A stretch of 64,000 nucleotides of DNA. It comes from Octopus sinensis. Lineage: Eukaryota. Shown in pieces: positions 34,755-46,932 of the stretch. Below the pieces are notes generated by a model. It was given only the letters and a program-made list of their open reading frames with translations, was not told the origin of the DNA and searched no databases. Where the stretch lies: NCBI RefSeq assembly GCF_006345805.1, contig NC_043002.1:113274001-113338000 (forward strand), in the 5' to 3' direction. Position numbers and translations under genes: made by a program. Numbering within the stretch: the first letter of the stretch is position 1; each line of letters starts with the position of its first letter.

Positions 34755-34780
<26 letters not shown>
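33987..34780. mobile_element. Repeat D with ~65-bp terminal direct repeats
   Basis: 33987-34051 matches 34694-34757 (one mismatch). Internal region homologous to 386-712. Confidence 0.65.
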
Positions 34781-34786
<6 letters not shown>

Positions 34787-34884
34787 TTTCCGCCAAGGTC
34801 GATTTTGCCTTTCATCCTTTCGGGGTTAATAAATTAAGTACCAGTTGCGGTCTGAGGTCGATGAAATCGACTGGCCCCCTCCTC

Positions 34885-35212
34885 CAGGGTGCAGTGAATA
34901 ATCTGTCGTCTAAATTACACGAACATGAAAATAACACTGACATTTCATATTAACACATATATATATATACCAAAATTACAAAAAAATATCTTGAAATACT
35001 AAAGAGTAAATTTATTCAATAAAATCGCCATTGGCTTCAATTACAGCCTCCAGACGACTTCGGAATCTCCTGCAACTCTTCTGGACCGTCTCCTTGTTTA
35101 AGTTGGGGAATGCTGCCATAATCCTTGCCTTCAGTTCATCTTTGGTGTTAAACGGAGTTATGTTGGTCTCTCGCTCAACTGCGCCCCTAACATAATAATC
35201 AAGAGGGTAGCA
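34885..35212 (-). mobile_element. Tc1/mariner-superfamily transposase 3' end with probable TIR
   Basis: Minus strand PLDYYVRGAVERETNITPFNTKDELKARIMAAFPNLNKETVQKSCRRFRSRLEAVIEANGDFIE*. Confidence 0.8.
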
Positions 35213-35400
35213 GTATAAGGAGTTAGAAGACCAGACGTTAGGAGTGTTATGGTCGTGCCTATTTATAGTAGCTCACCTTTCGACTTATTTTAGAACACGG
35301 TTAAGTCTATAAAACAGGATTTGACTACACCTCTATTTAGAGCACAGTTTAAGCTATCTTTTCGAGGAAGAAGGTTTATGTTCCTATAACCTGTGTTAAT

Positions 35401-35800
35401 TTTGTAACCCTTTAAAATGGAAGATAAAAACGTCATTTTCGGCACTTGATGCTTTGGGAACCAGACAAAAATTGCTGCAGCTCGGCTGGGATGTGTTACC
35501 CACCCTCCATATTCACCAGCTATTGGTCCTTCGGATTTCCACTTATTCAGGTCACTGCAGAATAGTCTTAATGGTAAAAATTTCAATTCCTTGGATGACG
35601 TAAAAAGATACCTTGATGAATGCTTTGCCATGAAACCACCTCAATTCTGGGAAGAGGGTATTTTCAAGTTAAAGGAAAGATGGAGATGCATTGTGCAACA
35701 AACTGGTTCATATTTGGTTGATTAAAAATATAATGGCAAGTATTTATTGACCTTTTTATTTCCTTTAAAAATCGGCACGAACTTTCCGGACAACCCAATA
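35401..35800 (+). mobile_element. Internally deleted mariner
   Basis: MEDKN..FRHLML N-terminus fused to LLQLGWDVLPHPPYSP..SDFHLFRSL..KERWRCIVQQTGSYLVD*. Right TIR AAATCGGCACGAACTTTCCGGACAACCCAATA|TA. Confidence 0.9.
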
Positions 35801-36049
35801 TAAGATAGCAGAAAGAATTCGGGTGATCTAGATAATCTTTTATTATAATAATTCATGTAGATAAGCACTGATGTAAAGTCAACAAGAAGTAACACCCATC
35901 AGCTGTTGGCGAGACACCATTTACTAGTAGACTGACTCGGAGTTAGACTACGCAGAAACACTCGGCTCATGTTTGAACAGATCTAAGAATGCTTCAATGT
36001 GTACACTGTGCTGCCTTTACCAAATTTATCATGTCAGTATTATCATAAG

Positions 36050-37533
36050 TTACTCCCCAAAGGAATAACTTTTATTAGTTATATATAAAATGTGTGTGTG
36101 TAAGTCTGTATGCGTGTTATCTGTATGTGTACATATATTACATACGTATTCAGATGTTGTTGTGTGTTCATTTGTTGGTGTTGGCGAGTTTGGTTCCGTA
36201 TTCCCTTTGCTTGTCCTTTGTGCTGATGGTGGTGTGGGTAGTAGTGGTTCTTTTTTCTTTTGACTTTTTCCTTGTTGTGGTTGTTGTTCTTGTTCTCGTT
36301 TTTGTTGTTGTTTTTTGGCTGTTGGGCAATCATTTTTTAGGTGTTCCTCGCTGCCACACAAGTAACAGCGAGGCCTCCTACCCTCTACCACCACGTAAAG
36401 GAAATTGCCGTCTGGCAGATCAATTTGGTGGGGGATGTTATTGATTTGGTTTTGATCAATTTGCATCAATAACTGAACTATTTTCCCCGACCATTTCTTT
36501 TCCTCCAAGGCGGCATATTCCAGAATATTTATATTTTCCTCCATTTTGTAGCAAATGGCTGACAACAGCCATTGTGAATCCATTTCTGGAGGGACATGTT
36601 TTATCGAAATTTTGGTCACGCGTTGACCAAGATAGGTCGGAATTAAAATTAGTTTTTCCGGCTGTAATGTGAGCGTCGAATGTTCTTTCGCTCTTTCTTC
36701 GCTGTCGAAGCGAACCTGTATCGTGGCATATTTGTTTCTCCAATTTGAATAATTTTTGTACACCCATATTGGCCGTAAACATTTTTCAATCAGTTCTGGT
36801 TGTGCTTGTTCTGGTCTGCGTGTTTTTGCGTTTAGGACTTTGTATATTATTGTTTTCTTTTGTGTATTGTCTATGATGTTTTGTGGTATATGTAAGCGTA
36901 GATGTGAACCTTCTTCAGTTAACAGGGCGTTTGTTTGTTTTATTTGTTCTGTTGTGAAGTGTAATATTGTCTTTTTTGGTTTTAATGCTTGTGCAAAATT
37001 GGGTTTGGTGGTAGTGTTGGCGGCAGAGGTGTCACTTGTAGTAGTTGAGGTTGCAGTAGTGGTCTTATTGTTGGCGGTTATCGTACACTGCAAACGACGA
37101 TATCGTTGTTATTGTCGATCTTGGTGGCGGTGGTGGTGTTAGTGGCAAGGGAGGTAGCCGTAGTAGCAGATATTGAAGTGGTGGCATTGATATTGACGGC
37201 ACGGTGTTTGGTGGCGGTGATGGGGATTGGTCTGGTGATCTTGGTTTTGTTGTTGTTGTTGGTAGTGGTATCGTTAACAGAGGAAGCGGTTGTAGTAGCA
37301 GAAACCGCCGTGGTGGTGGTGTCGGTGTTGATGGTGGGATCATTGGTGGCGGTGACGGTGCTTGGCCTTGGTACCTTGGTTTTGTGGTTGTTGCTGTTGC
37401 TGATGGTGGTGGTGGTGGTGGTGTTAGTAGCGTTCAAACTGTCAGGTTCAGCGTTTAGTGGCAGGTAATCTTGCTCTTTTGTTTCGGCGTCAGGCTTGAC
37501 TTGCGCCTCGGCCTCGTGGTGACCAGTAGCCAT
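36050..37533 (-). pseudogene. L1/Tx1-type ORF1 (Thr-rich N-terminus, RRM-like region, CCHC knuckle) with one frameshift near 37085; no ORF2 follows
   Basis: ATG at 37533. YATIQVRFDSEERAKE and TKISIKHVPP regions, VVVEGRRPRCYLCGSEEHLKNDC (CX2CX4HX4C). Confidence 0.8.
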
Positions 37534-37744
37534 TTTTGAAAATAAAAATGGCTAAAATAAAACCAGAAGCATTTGAGAATTTTTTAAAATTTTTCCCACA
37601 AGGGGCGAAATTTTGTGTGGATGTTAATGAAAGTATGGGTTGGGTGTTGTACACCTTTTAAAAATAAAATGTTTGACAATCAACAATTTTAAACGTAGAA
37701 AACTACCAAATTACTTGGAGCCCATTTGACTTGCGTCCATCCTC

Positions 37745-37746
<2 letters not shown>

Positions 37747-37828
<82 letters not shown>

Positions 37829-37880
37829 GGATAGATGGATGGATGGATGGATGGATGGATGGATAGATAGATAGATAATC

Positions 37881-37925
<45 letters not shown>

Positions 37926-38042
37926 GATGGATGGATGGTGGATGGATGGATGGATGGATGGATGGATGGATGGATGGATGATGGAAGGAAGGAAGGAAGG
38001 ATGGATGGATGGATAGATAGATAGATAGATAGATATATAGAT
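37747..38042. repeat. (GATA)n/(GGAT)n tract
   Basis: Direct reading. Confidence 0.95.
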
Positions 38043-38233
38043 ATGTTTCTTTATTAGCCACACGGGCGCACACAGATAGAACAAATACAAGGTAGAGCTT
38101 TTCTTTTGAAGGTATAAAAAAAAAAAAAAATGGGAAGGGGGAGTTCGATCAAAAGGGATCGTAAAAGGAAGAAAAGAGGACAAAAAAAAAGGGGGGTAAA
38201 AAAAAAAAAAAAAAAAAAAAAAAGGGGGAGAGG

Positions 38234-38264
<31 letters not shown>

Positions 38265-38906
38265 ATCAATAGGGATCGTTATCACAGAAATGTCAATATG
38301 AAGTGTAAAGGGGAGGACAGGTGAGGTTTACCCGTGGAAGAAAAGCCTACGGAAAGACCACGGTACCTCGGTCAATGAAGTCACATTTTATATTTCTTTT
38401 TTTTTTTTTTTTTTTTTTTTGCAAATAAGTAACTCTCTGTTTTTCGATTTCTGGGTTCATAGGACTATGCTCAGGTGGCTTCGTCATTCATACGTGCCAT
38501 TCTTGCAACATTCACCCATCTTTTTTTAAAACATTCGCTAGACAAAACTTGCCTCTCTACTCTCACTTTCCTTTTCAAGTGGTACTTGAAGAGTTGATGA
38601 GAGATTGACCAGAGAGGAAAGTGTTTGTCTCCAATCCTTTCAGACGCGTCCACCAGATACATTCTTTCGCCATAGCCACAAGGATGATGAAAATAGCTCT
38701 TCCTTCCCGTTTGAAGGAAGGAGGCGTGACAATATTGACGATAGACTCAGCTGATAAACCGACTCGTCCCACACGTGACAGCAGTTGTTCGACATAAGCC
38801 CACAGGTCGAAAATTGTTGGACACTGAACGACAATTTTCGACCTGTGGGCTTATGTCGAACAACTGCTGTCACGTGTGGGACGAGTCGGTTTATCAGCTG
38901 AGTCTA
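38043..38906 (-). mobile_element. Short Tx1-clade copy with 5' fold-back inversion, between GATA tracts
   Basis: Homologous to 20575-21120. 76-bp inverted duplication at 38831-38906; AGATAGATAGATAGATA follows. Confidence 0.9.
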
Positions 38907-39438
38907 GATAGATAGATAGATAAACTGACAGATAAACGGACGGTCAGACAGACGGACAGGGAAACATACATAAATGTTTGTTAGGAACGAAGATATAATA
39001 CTTGAAATATGTTAGTTTCTAAATACACGGATATACTAGATCTTAACTTGTGTATCAAAGATATAGGATTTTGATAAGGGTAACTGTCAGGAGAATCAAA
39101 TAGAATTTTTAAAAAAAGGGATGAGTGAGCTCCATCGGTTGGGACAGTAAGTAACGCAGCTGTTGTTGTCAATATAACTGAAACAACTGATTCTGGTATT
39201 TTACAGCCGTCATAGTTGACCGAACATGATGAAATTGATCTCAACAAGAGATATGCTCTATGAAGCAAGGAAATATGAAACGACAATACAGGAATACATA
39301 CAAAGCCGAGTTCATGAACCCTAATGTTAGATTTCATATATAAATATCAGAGTGTGTGCAAGTGCTTATGTTGGTGTGTGTGTGCTTGCATGAGTGCGGA
39401 AGAGTATACATTTGGTATTAATTATTAACATATGTAAA

Positions 39439-39469
<31 letters not shown>

Positions 39470-39574
39470 TGTGTGTGTGTGTGTGTGTGATTTTGTTTAA
39501 GATTGGGAATTCTTCCAATAACAATTACTCAGGGATTTCGTCTTGGGTGGCATTAAGAAAACTTTAACTACTCT

Positions 39575-39722
39575 CTTTTACTCTCTTTTACTTGTTTCAG
39601 TCATTTGATTGTATCCATGCTGGAGCACCGCCTTTAGTCGAGCAAATCGACCCCAGGACTTATTCTTTGTAAGCCCAGTACTTATTCTATCGGTCTCTTT
39701 TTGCCGAACCGCTAAGTGACTA
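39575..39722 (-). mobile_element. SINE A tail fragment
   Basis: TTTACTCTCTTTTACTTGTTTCAGTCATTTG..GCCGAACCGCTAAGTGAC. Confidence 0.85.
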
Positions 39723-39980
39723 GCGAATTCATATCTGATGTTTTGTGTCTCACTGTGACATGCGTCTTGAAGATCCAAATTGTCCATCGATTGGTGAATG
39801 CTTGTTTACATACAGTTGGTAATCAGCAGATACTTTCTCGGTAGCCACAGAATTTGGCCAGCTATTCAACAAGATAAACTTGAAAATGTACTTCAACACT
39901 GTGGAGAATATAACCCTTCTCAAATAGGGAGTGTGTCTCTTAACAAAACAAACAATAATAATAATAATTATTATTATTAT

Positions 39981-40376
39981 TCAGTAGTTTTATTTTTATA
40001 GCGTGCTTTCACTTCACTACCGAGCGCAGCTCTGTGTGCCTTGGGTATGTGCTGTGATTTGTTGTGATGCTCTGATGGTTACTGTATGGAAAGTGTTCTG
40101 CGTAGGATGTGTGCAGTGCCTAGTAGTGCAATTTTCTGTATGTTATATGTGTTTGTAAGTCCTGGTGTTTTTGTTATGTATTTGTCTGAATATTTTTTTA
40201 TCATGCCTAATGCACCTACTATGATAGGAATTGTTTCTGTTTTTAGATTCCACATTCTGGTTACCTCTATTTCCAGGTCTTTGTATTTTGAGAGTTTCTC
40301 CATTTCTTTTAGAGACACGTTGTCATCTGCCGGTATTGATACATCAATTAGAAAGCATTTTTTTCCTTCATGATCT
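39981..40376 (-). mobile_element. R4/Dong-clade non-LTR 3' end (restriction-like endonuclease domain) in an (AAT)n tract
   Basis: DHEGKKCFLIDVSIPADDNVSLKEMEKLSKYKDLEIEVTRMW..PIIVGALG..QKIALLGTAHILRRTL. AAT/ATT repeats on both sides (39955-39980, 40395-40480). Confidence 0.85.
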
Positions 40377-40392
40377 TATTATTATAAGATAA

Positions 40393-40481
<89 letters not shown>

Positions 40482-40824
40482 GCTTTTATTGCTAAAACAT
40501 TTCAAACCAAGCGTTTGAAAACATTTCAAACCCGCATGGCATAGCAAGAAAGGGCAACCGTGTAGTTTATTGCAAAAATAGACCACCTTATCAAAAGATT
40601 TACTATTTTCTTTACCAAATGAAAGTGTATAGGAACGAACACGACATTCTGATGCATGTAGTTTGCTTGATGATTAAAAGAAAAATGATACGAAGATATT
40701 TGCAGCGCATTGCTTTTGTGTATCAAAGCTGTTTGTTGAGAATTTGATATATGAATTCTCATTGCATTGCCTTAACTGTTTATTCACAGCTCATGTCTTC
40801 AAACACGCGTTCATGCACATAAAT

Positions 40825-40940
40825 ACATACACACATACATACATACATACATACATACATACAAACATACATACATACATACATACATACATACATGCAT
40901 ACATACATACAAGCATACATACATACATACATACATAAAC

Positions 40941-40973
<33 letters not shown>

Positions 40974-41211
40974 CATACATACATACATACATACATACAT
41001 GCATACATACATACATACACACATACACACATACATACATACATACATACATACATACATACATACATACATACATAATACATACATACATGCATACATA
41101 CATACATACATATATACATACATACATACATAATACATACATACATACATACATACACACACATGCATGCATACATACATACATACATACATACATACAT
41201 ACATACATACA

Positions 41212-41243
<32 letters not shown>
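40825..41243. repeat. (TACA)n microsatellite
   Basis: Direct reading. Confidence 0.95.
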
Positions 41244-41299
41244 CCAACGTTACGTAGCTGATTCCTACAGAAAGAGAGTAAGAGACAGATAAAAGAAAT

Positions 41300-41430
41300 G
41301 ACTGGTATTTTATTTATCGTTCCCGAAAGGATGAAAATCAAAATTGATCTCGGTGGCATTTGAACTCAGAGCAAAGAGCCCAACAAATATCTCAAGGCAT
41401 TCTATCCGACGGTCTCACGGCTCTGCTCAT
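41300..41430 (-). mobile_element. Degenerate SINE C fragment
   Basis: ACTGGTATTTTATTTATCG..CCCGAAAGGATGAAAATCAAAATTGATCTCGGTGGCATTTGAACTCAG. Confidence 0.65.
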
Positions 41431-43078
41431 TAGCTATTTTTCTTTGTTAATTATAAATACCCGGCCTTGCTCAGATTTACGTAAAACGTCATATAGCATA
41501 TAACCTTCTTGAAATTTTCAGTTGCCTTGATGTAAATTCACAGCCTTCGACTGGTAAAATACATTAATGCGTTTTTATAAATGCTTAACTCATAATGTAA
41601 TTATTATAATTAAAGTATACAATTAGAATACTTACATATAAATTTACAGAGAGAAAATATAGACGATTTAGCGAGTGGGAATTGGTGTATTGCGATTTGC
41701 ACATTACTCTTCAAAGATTTAACGAGAGGATTGATATGATGTAGCTTTTGGTTTGTTTATTCTCTGTAACATAGCGGTTAGTCAAAAGTAACCGATAGTA
41801 AATGTGCCGAACTTAAAATTGAATTTTGCGGTCGATTTGGATGACTAAACCCTTCAAGGCGAGCCCCAGCATTGCCGCAGTCCGGTGGTTGAAACAACTA
41901 CAAGATAAAGGATATAAATAACGACCCTGTTTTTGTTAACAAAATCATTTTTAATTCATTGAATTTCATTATTTTTCCCCATAAATATTCCAATAAATGC
42001 AGATTTAACTTCCCAAAACTGAGACATAAGAGAACTCCAACAGCTTGAAGTAGAAGGATATACTTTGAAATATGAGAAAGAACTGTTTGACTTGTTCTTA
42101 ACAAAAGCTTTCTCTTTCCCTCTGTAACATATATATAGATAGACGTGAAAGTGCAAAGACTAGGGAGACAGGAAGGAGAAAAGTGCGGGAATATCGGTTT
42201 TAAAAAGTTAGCAAAACAAATAAAAAGAAAATGAACTAGCCAGCCGAGTAAACAACGGTGCTAGGTTTCCATTAAGATCTAGGAGGCGGAAGAGAGTCGT
42301 TGTAATCCAGGCTTTGCAATGGGGTAACGTTTACAAACGAGGTTTCACTATTTTGTGATGATGTCTAAGTCAATTTTGCTAGCTTCTTTACTAGATCAAA
42401 TTATTTAGATAAGAAAATGGGGCAAACAGGCCTTGTCAGGGCAATTCAGCAGACTTTTGGCAGTTAAACAGCTGCTTTGGGTATTATATTTTGGTTGTGA
42501 TATGTCATTTCTGCCTCTCTGTAACTACTTCAAACATATTGAGGGTCATACGTACGTAAAATTATGTATGTATGTATGTATGTATGTATTATGTATGTAT
42601 GTATGTATGTATGTATGTATGTATGTATGTATGTATGTACGTATGTATGTATGTTTGTATACATGTATTTGGGTACGTGTACGTTCATAAACGTATACAT
42701 ACTGTAGGTGCGCATCCACAATGCTTGTATGCAAACACACACACACACGCACACACATGTAAGTATGTATTTGTATACATATATGTATGCATACACACGC
42801 ACACATGCACTAACATATAAACATAATTATCATATAGTGAAGACGCGTAAATCAGTCCCAAATTTAGGTGTAGTTTTCTTATCGTATGCACATGTATGAT
42901 AAGGCATATATTTGTGTATACATCCGCGTGTGTGTGCTTTCTGAATGTCTTCTCAAGTCCATGCATCTCTGTGCATTCCTTCATATATAATTCTATTATA
43001 TACGAACATTATATATATATTATATATATATATGTATAATATGATATATGTATATATGTATATGATATATGTATATAC

Positions 43079-43150
<72 letters not shown>

Positions 43151-43482
43151 TGTATTAATAGGCGTTAGTAAATGTATATTTCAGTCGTAAGAGCGAAATA
43201 CGCAATTATGTAATTATTAATGCAATTATTAAATTTTTTATGTCTTAGTAATTCCTTGAGGATGGATGTAGAAATTTACTGTCGCAAGTTGCAAGAATCT
43301 CATGCGAAAATCTTGATAAAAACACAAAACTAAAACAGAATTGTGCGCAATATATTTTGAAAAGACAAGCTGTTGCTCACACACATATACACGTACATAC
43401 ACACATGCGCATATACATGCACATACACACACAAATACACACACGCACACACACGCGCAAATACACAGACACACGCGCACAA

Positions 43483-43513
<31 letters not shown>

Positions 43514-43643
43514 AGCACACATATTTTTTTGATTTATAAGAATTCTTCGTGGAAGGAAGGAACTGGTTTCTAACAATGAAACACAAGCTCCATCATTGAA
43601 ATTTGGATAGTGACTATGTTACATGTTAAACTTTAGAATATAA

Positions 43644-44043
43644 CTAGCAGTATCGTCCGGCGTTGCTCGGGTTTTTAAGGGAAATAACTATATAAGCATT
43701 TTTAGAGAGTTATAGCCAAAAAATAGCAAAAAAATGCATTAAAAATGGAAAAAAAATTATGGTAAATTTTTTTTTAAATCGTTGACTCATCGTAGACATT
43801 TTTAGAGAGTTACTTCCCTAATTTGATAGCGAAAAAAATGCATTAAAATGGGAAAAAAATGATGGTAAATTTTTTTTTAAATCGTTGACTCATCGTAGAC
43901 GCGCGCTAATACCCAGAAGGGCTCGATATGAATGACGACTATAAGATACCCGGTTTTGGTTAAACTGCACCGCAAAATGTAGGAGTAGTTAGGAATCTAA
44001 ATCGTAGGAGACAGACACACAACCTTACTTTTATATATAAAGA
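43644..44043 (-). mobile_element. Non-autonomous Helitron with ~100-bp internal tandem duplication
   Basis: A|TC start at 44043, CTAG|T end at 43644. Duplicated ATTTTTAGAGAGTTA..GACTCATCGTAGAC at ~43696-43797 and ~43798-43900. Confidence 0.85.
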
Positions 44044-44392
44044 TTTTCATTTTCGACTTTGCAAAGTGTGCCAGCCGGATTCTTTACTTACCCCAAAAAC
44101 CAATCTTCTCCAAACTGTCACTTAAAAAATTTAGTAACATAACCAACAGCAGAAATGCTAGTTGGGGAAAATGCGAGTTTAAAAGCAGGACAGAAGAAAA
44201 GCAGGTTTTGAAACAGTCGTCTATAAATACTCCCTTTCTCTTTGACATTGTAAAAGATGTCAAGATCTGCCGGAAAGCTAACTTCTATGACTCTGTATCA
44301 GATTTCTTTTCTGTCACAAATAACACTGACCTATTCTGTCTGCATCTAACAGAAGTTTTGATAGGAATATTCCATTCATTTTGTTGATATTC

Positions 44393-44980
44393 TTTTATTC
44401 TTTTACTTACTTCACTCGTTTGACTGCGGCCATGCTGGAGCACCGCCTTTAGGAGTTTAGTCGAGGAAATCGACCCCGAATTTATTCTCTGTAAGCGTAG
44501 TATTTATTCCAGTGGAGGCGCAATGGCCCAGTGGTTAGGGCAGTGGACTCGCGGTCATAGGATCGCGTATTCGATTCCCAGACCGGGCGTTGTGAGTGTT
44601 TATTGAGCGAAAACACCTAAAGCTCCACGAGGCTCCGGCAGGGGATGGTGGTGATCCCTGCTGTACTCTTTCACCACAACTTTCTCTCACTCTTACTTCC
44701 TGTTTCTGTTGTACCTGTATTTCAAGGGGCCGGCCTTGTCACTCTCTGTGTCACGCTGAATATCCCCGAGAACTACGTTAAGGGTGCACGTGTCTGTGGA
44801 GTGCTCAGCCACTTACACGTTAATTTCACGAGCAGGCTGTTCCGTTGATTCGGATCAACCGGAACCCTCATCGTCGTAACCGACGGAGTGCTTCCATCCA
44901 GTATTAATTCCATCGAACCGCTAAATTGCGGGGACATAAGCACACTGGTTGCCAAGTGATGGTGGGGAGACACACACACG

Positions 44981-45000
<20 letters not shown>
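44393..45000 (-). mobile_element. SINE A 3' half, interrupted by SINE B
   Basis: Tail at 44393-44511; body resumes at 44900-45000. Confidence 0.8.
44512..44899 (+). mobile_element. SINE B, 13-bp TSD
   Basis: AGTATTTATTCCA at 44499-44511 and AGTATTAATTCCA at 44900-44912. Confidence 0.93.
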
Positions 45001-45012
<12 letters not shown>

Positions 45013-45124
45013 CACACACGCACACACGCACACACACTCACACATATAGTAAATCCAAAAAAGAAGAACAAACACAAAAAACACCAACGCGAGGATGTGG
45101 TACATGTAAAGTATTAGCAGACGT

Positions 45125-45516
45125 AGGCGTAGGGGTGGCTGTGTGGTAAGTAGCTTGCTTACCAACCACATGGTTCCGGGTTCAATCTCACTGCGTGGCA
45201 TCTTGGGCAAGCGTTTTCTACTATAGCCTCGGGCCAACCAAAGCCTTGTGAGTGGATTTAGTAGACGGAAACTGAAAGAAGCATGTCGTATATATGTATA
45301 TATGTATATATGTGTATTTGTGTGTCCCCTCAACATCGCTTGACAACCGATGCTGGTGTGTTTACGTCCCCGTAACTTAGCGGTTCGGCAAAAGAGACCG
45401 ATAGAATAAGTACTAGGCTTACAAAGAATAAGTCCTGAGGTCGATTTGGTAGACTAAAGGCGGTGCTCTAGCATGGCCACAGTCTAATGATTAAAACAGG
45501 TAAAAGAGTAAAAGAG
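45125..45516 (+). mobile_element. SINE A, full length
   Basis: Complete; possible AGACG duplication at the flanks. Confidence 0.92.
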
Positions 45517-45541
45517 ACGCTCAGGGAAGGAAAGAAAGATG

Positions 45542-45577
45542 GTTTAACGTTTCGAGCAGACGCTCTTCTTCGGAAAC
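45542..45577 (-). ncRNA. Minimal type I hammerhead-like motif, second family (U4C variant)
   Basis: Minus strand GTTT-CCGAAGA-A-GAGC(gtct)GCTC-GAAA-CG-TT-AAAC. Stem I GTTT/AAAC, stem II 4 bp, ACGT palindrome. Confidence 0.6.
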
Positions 45578-46169
45578 AGGAAAGTCCAAAAGTCCAATAG
45601 ACGGAGGAAGAAAATCGCCAACGATTCACATGTGGTTGCATTTTGAAATATATATATATATATACAAGCTTCTTTCAGTTTCTATCTCATAAGGCTTTGG
45701 TTGGCCCGAGGCTATAGTAAGTTTGTCGTTTATATTTATCCAAATGTAAACTTTTCTGTGGACTACCCCGTATAGTTTTCGCAATGGCATGATGTTTGGG
45801 GGCAGCTGTTGATTACATAATCAACGTATTCAGTTGTATCTTGAGAGTTTAAGGGCTTCATTGTCCTGTTTGCTTATTAGATATCCAATTAGATATTTTG
45901 TAGCCTTCTCTTTTCCTTAATTGCTTGCTTGAATGTGTGTGCGTATGTCTGTGGCAGATGGATTTGACCGTTTGACCTCAATCTAAACATAAAAGCCCTT
46001 TCAAAATTCTTTCAGTTAAATTGGTTTTCCGCATTTTCATCATCAGCTCCCAGTCAGTTTTGTTGCTTTAATCATATGAGACGCATTAGTTGTTTGACGA
46101 CCAGCATTGTGTCATTGCACATAACTGGAGCATTCAATTTTTTAAGAATAATCGGAGTTGCTTTCTTTA

Positions 46170-46247
46170 CAGTTCTATATTTAAGAGATGAGGAATTATG
46201 TACATTGTTTACATTATTTACATTTGACGTATATTATTATTATTATC

Positions 46248-46311
<64 letters not shown>

Positions 46312-46885
46312 GAGTGAGAGAGCAGTTCATGCCATCAAAGTGACACTGGGGTAAAATATACGAAGCCCAATATACCCATCATGACTACCCGTCTGATAAA
46401 GGTACACCAGGCACATGCATCACAACCATATGTGCGCGACATGGTGATCTCATATCAAGATAAACAGCACATGACCTTGCAGGTGGGGCCCAGTTAGAAT
46501 CTTCAGGTTGAGTAGCCCATCCCGCTCAAAAGGTCTCTGAATAAGGATTGTTTAAGGATGTTGAAAGAACCACCCATGTTTCCAGAGGTGAATTATTCAA
46601 ACCCCAAAGAATCCCTCTCAACACATGGCTATGATGCTCCCCCACTACTTCTGCTCGTGATCAGAGATGCACATATCGTCAGCCACTAAGGGACATGCTC
46701 AACTGGTTAAGGTCAAACAACTGACAAGCAAATCTGTGGTATTGAGCAGAATATTTGCTGTAGCCCATCTTTTCTACCAAGACAAAACAATGTACATGAT
46801 AACACTTCCAATCAATTAAGATCAGAAGCCATGAGAGCCACTGCCTGGTACTGCATCAGGGCATTTATTATTATTATTATTATTA

Positions 46886-46932
<47 letters not shown>

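Larger units (their letters stand above)
45050..45650 (-). mobile_element. Repeat H (Penelope-like derived?) containing a hammerhead-like motif, split by a SINE A insertion
   Basis: 45050-45124 plus 45517-45650 align with 62015-62125 (CAACGCGAGGA..GTA..GACGCTCAGG.AAGGAAAGAAAG). Confidence 0.6.

Noticed and set aside
36090-36160. C2H2-like YVCNICTHTDNTHTDLHTH at the end of the ORF1-only element
   Set aside because: Lacks a correctly spaced second His and derives from CA/TA-rich sequence; probably chance.
44223-44260. TATAAATA box in a repeat-free stretch
   Set aside because: Expected by chance in AT-rich DNA; no supporting initiator or downstream exon.
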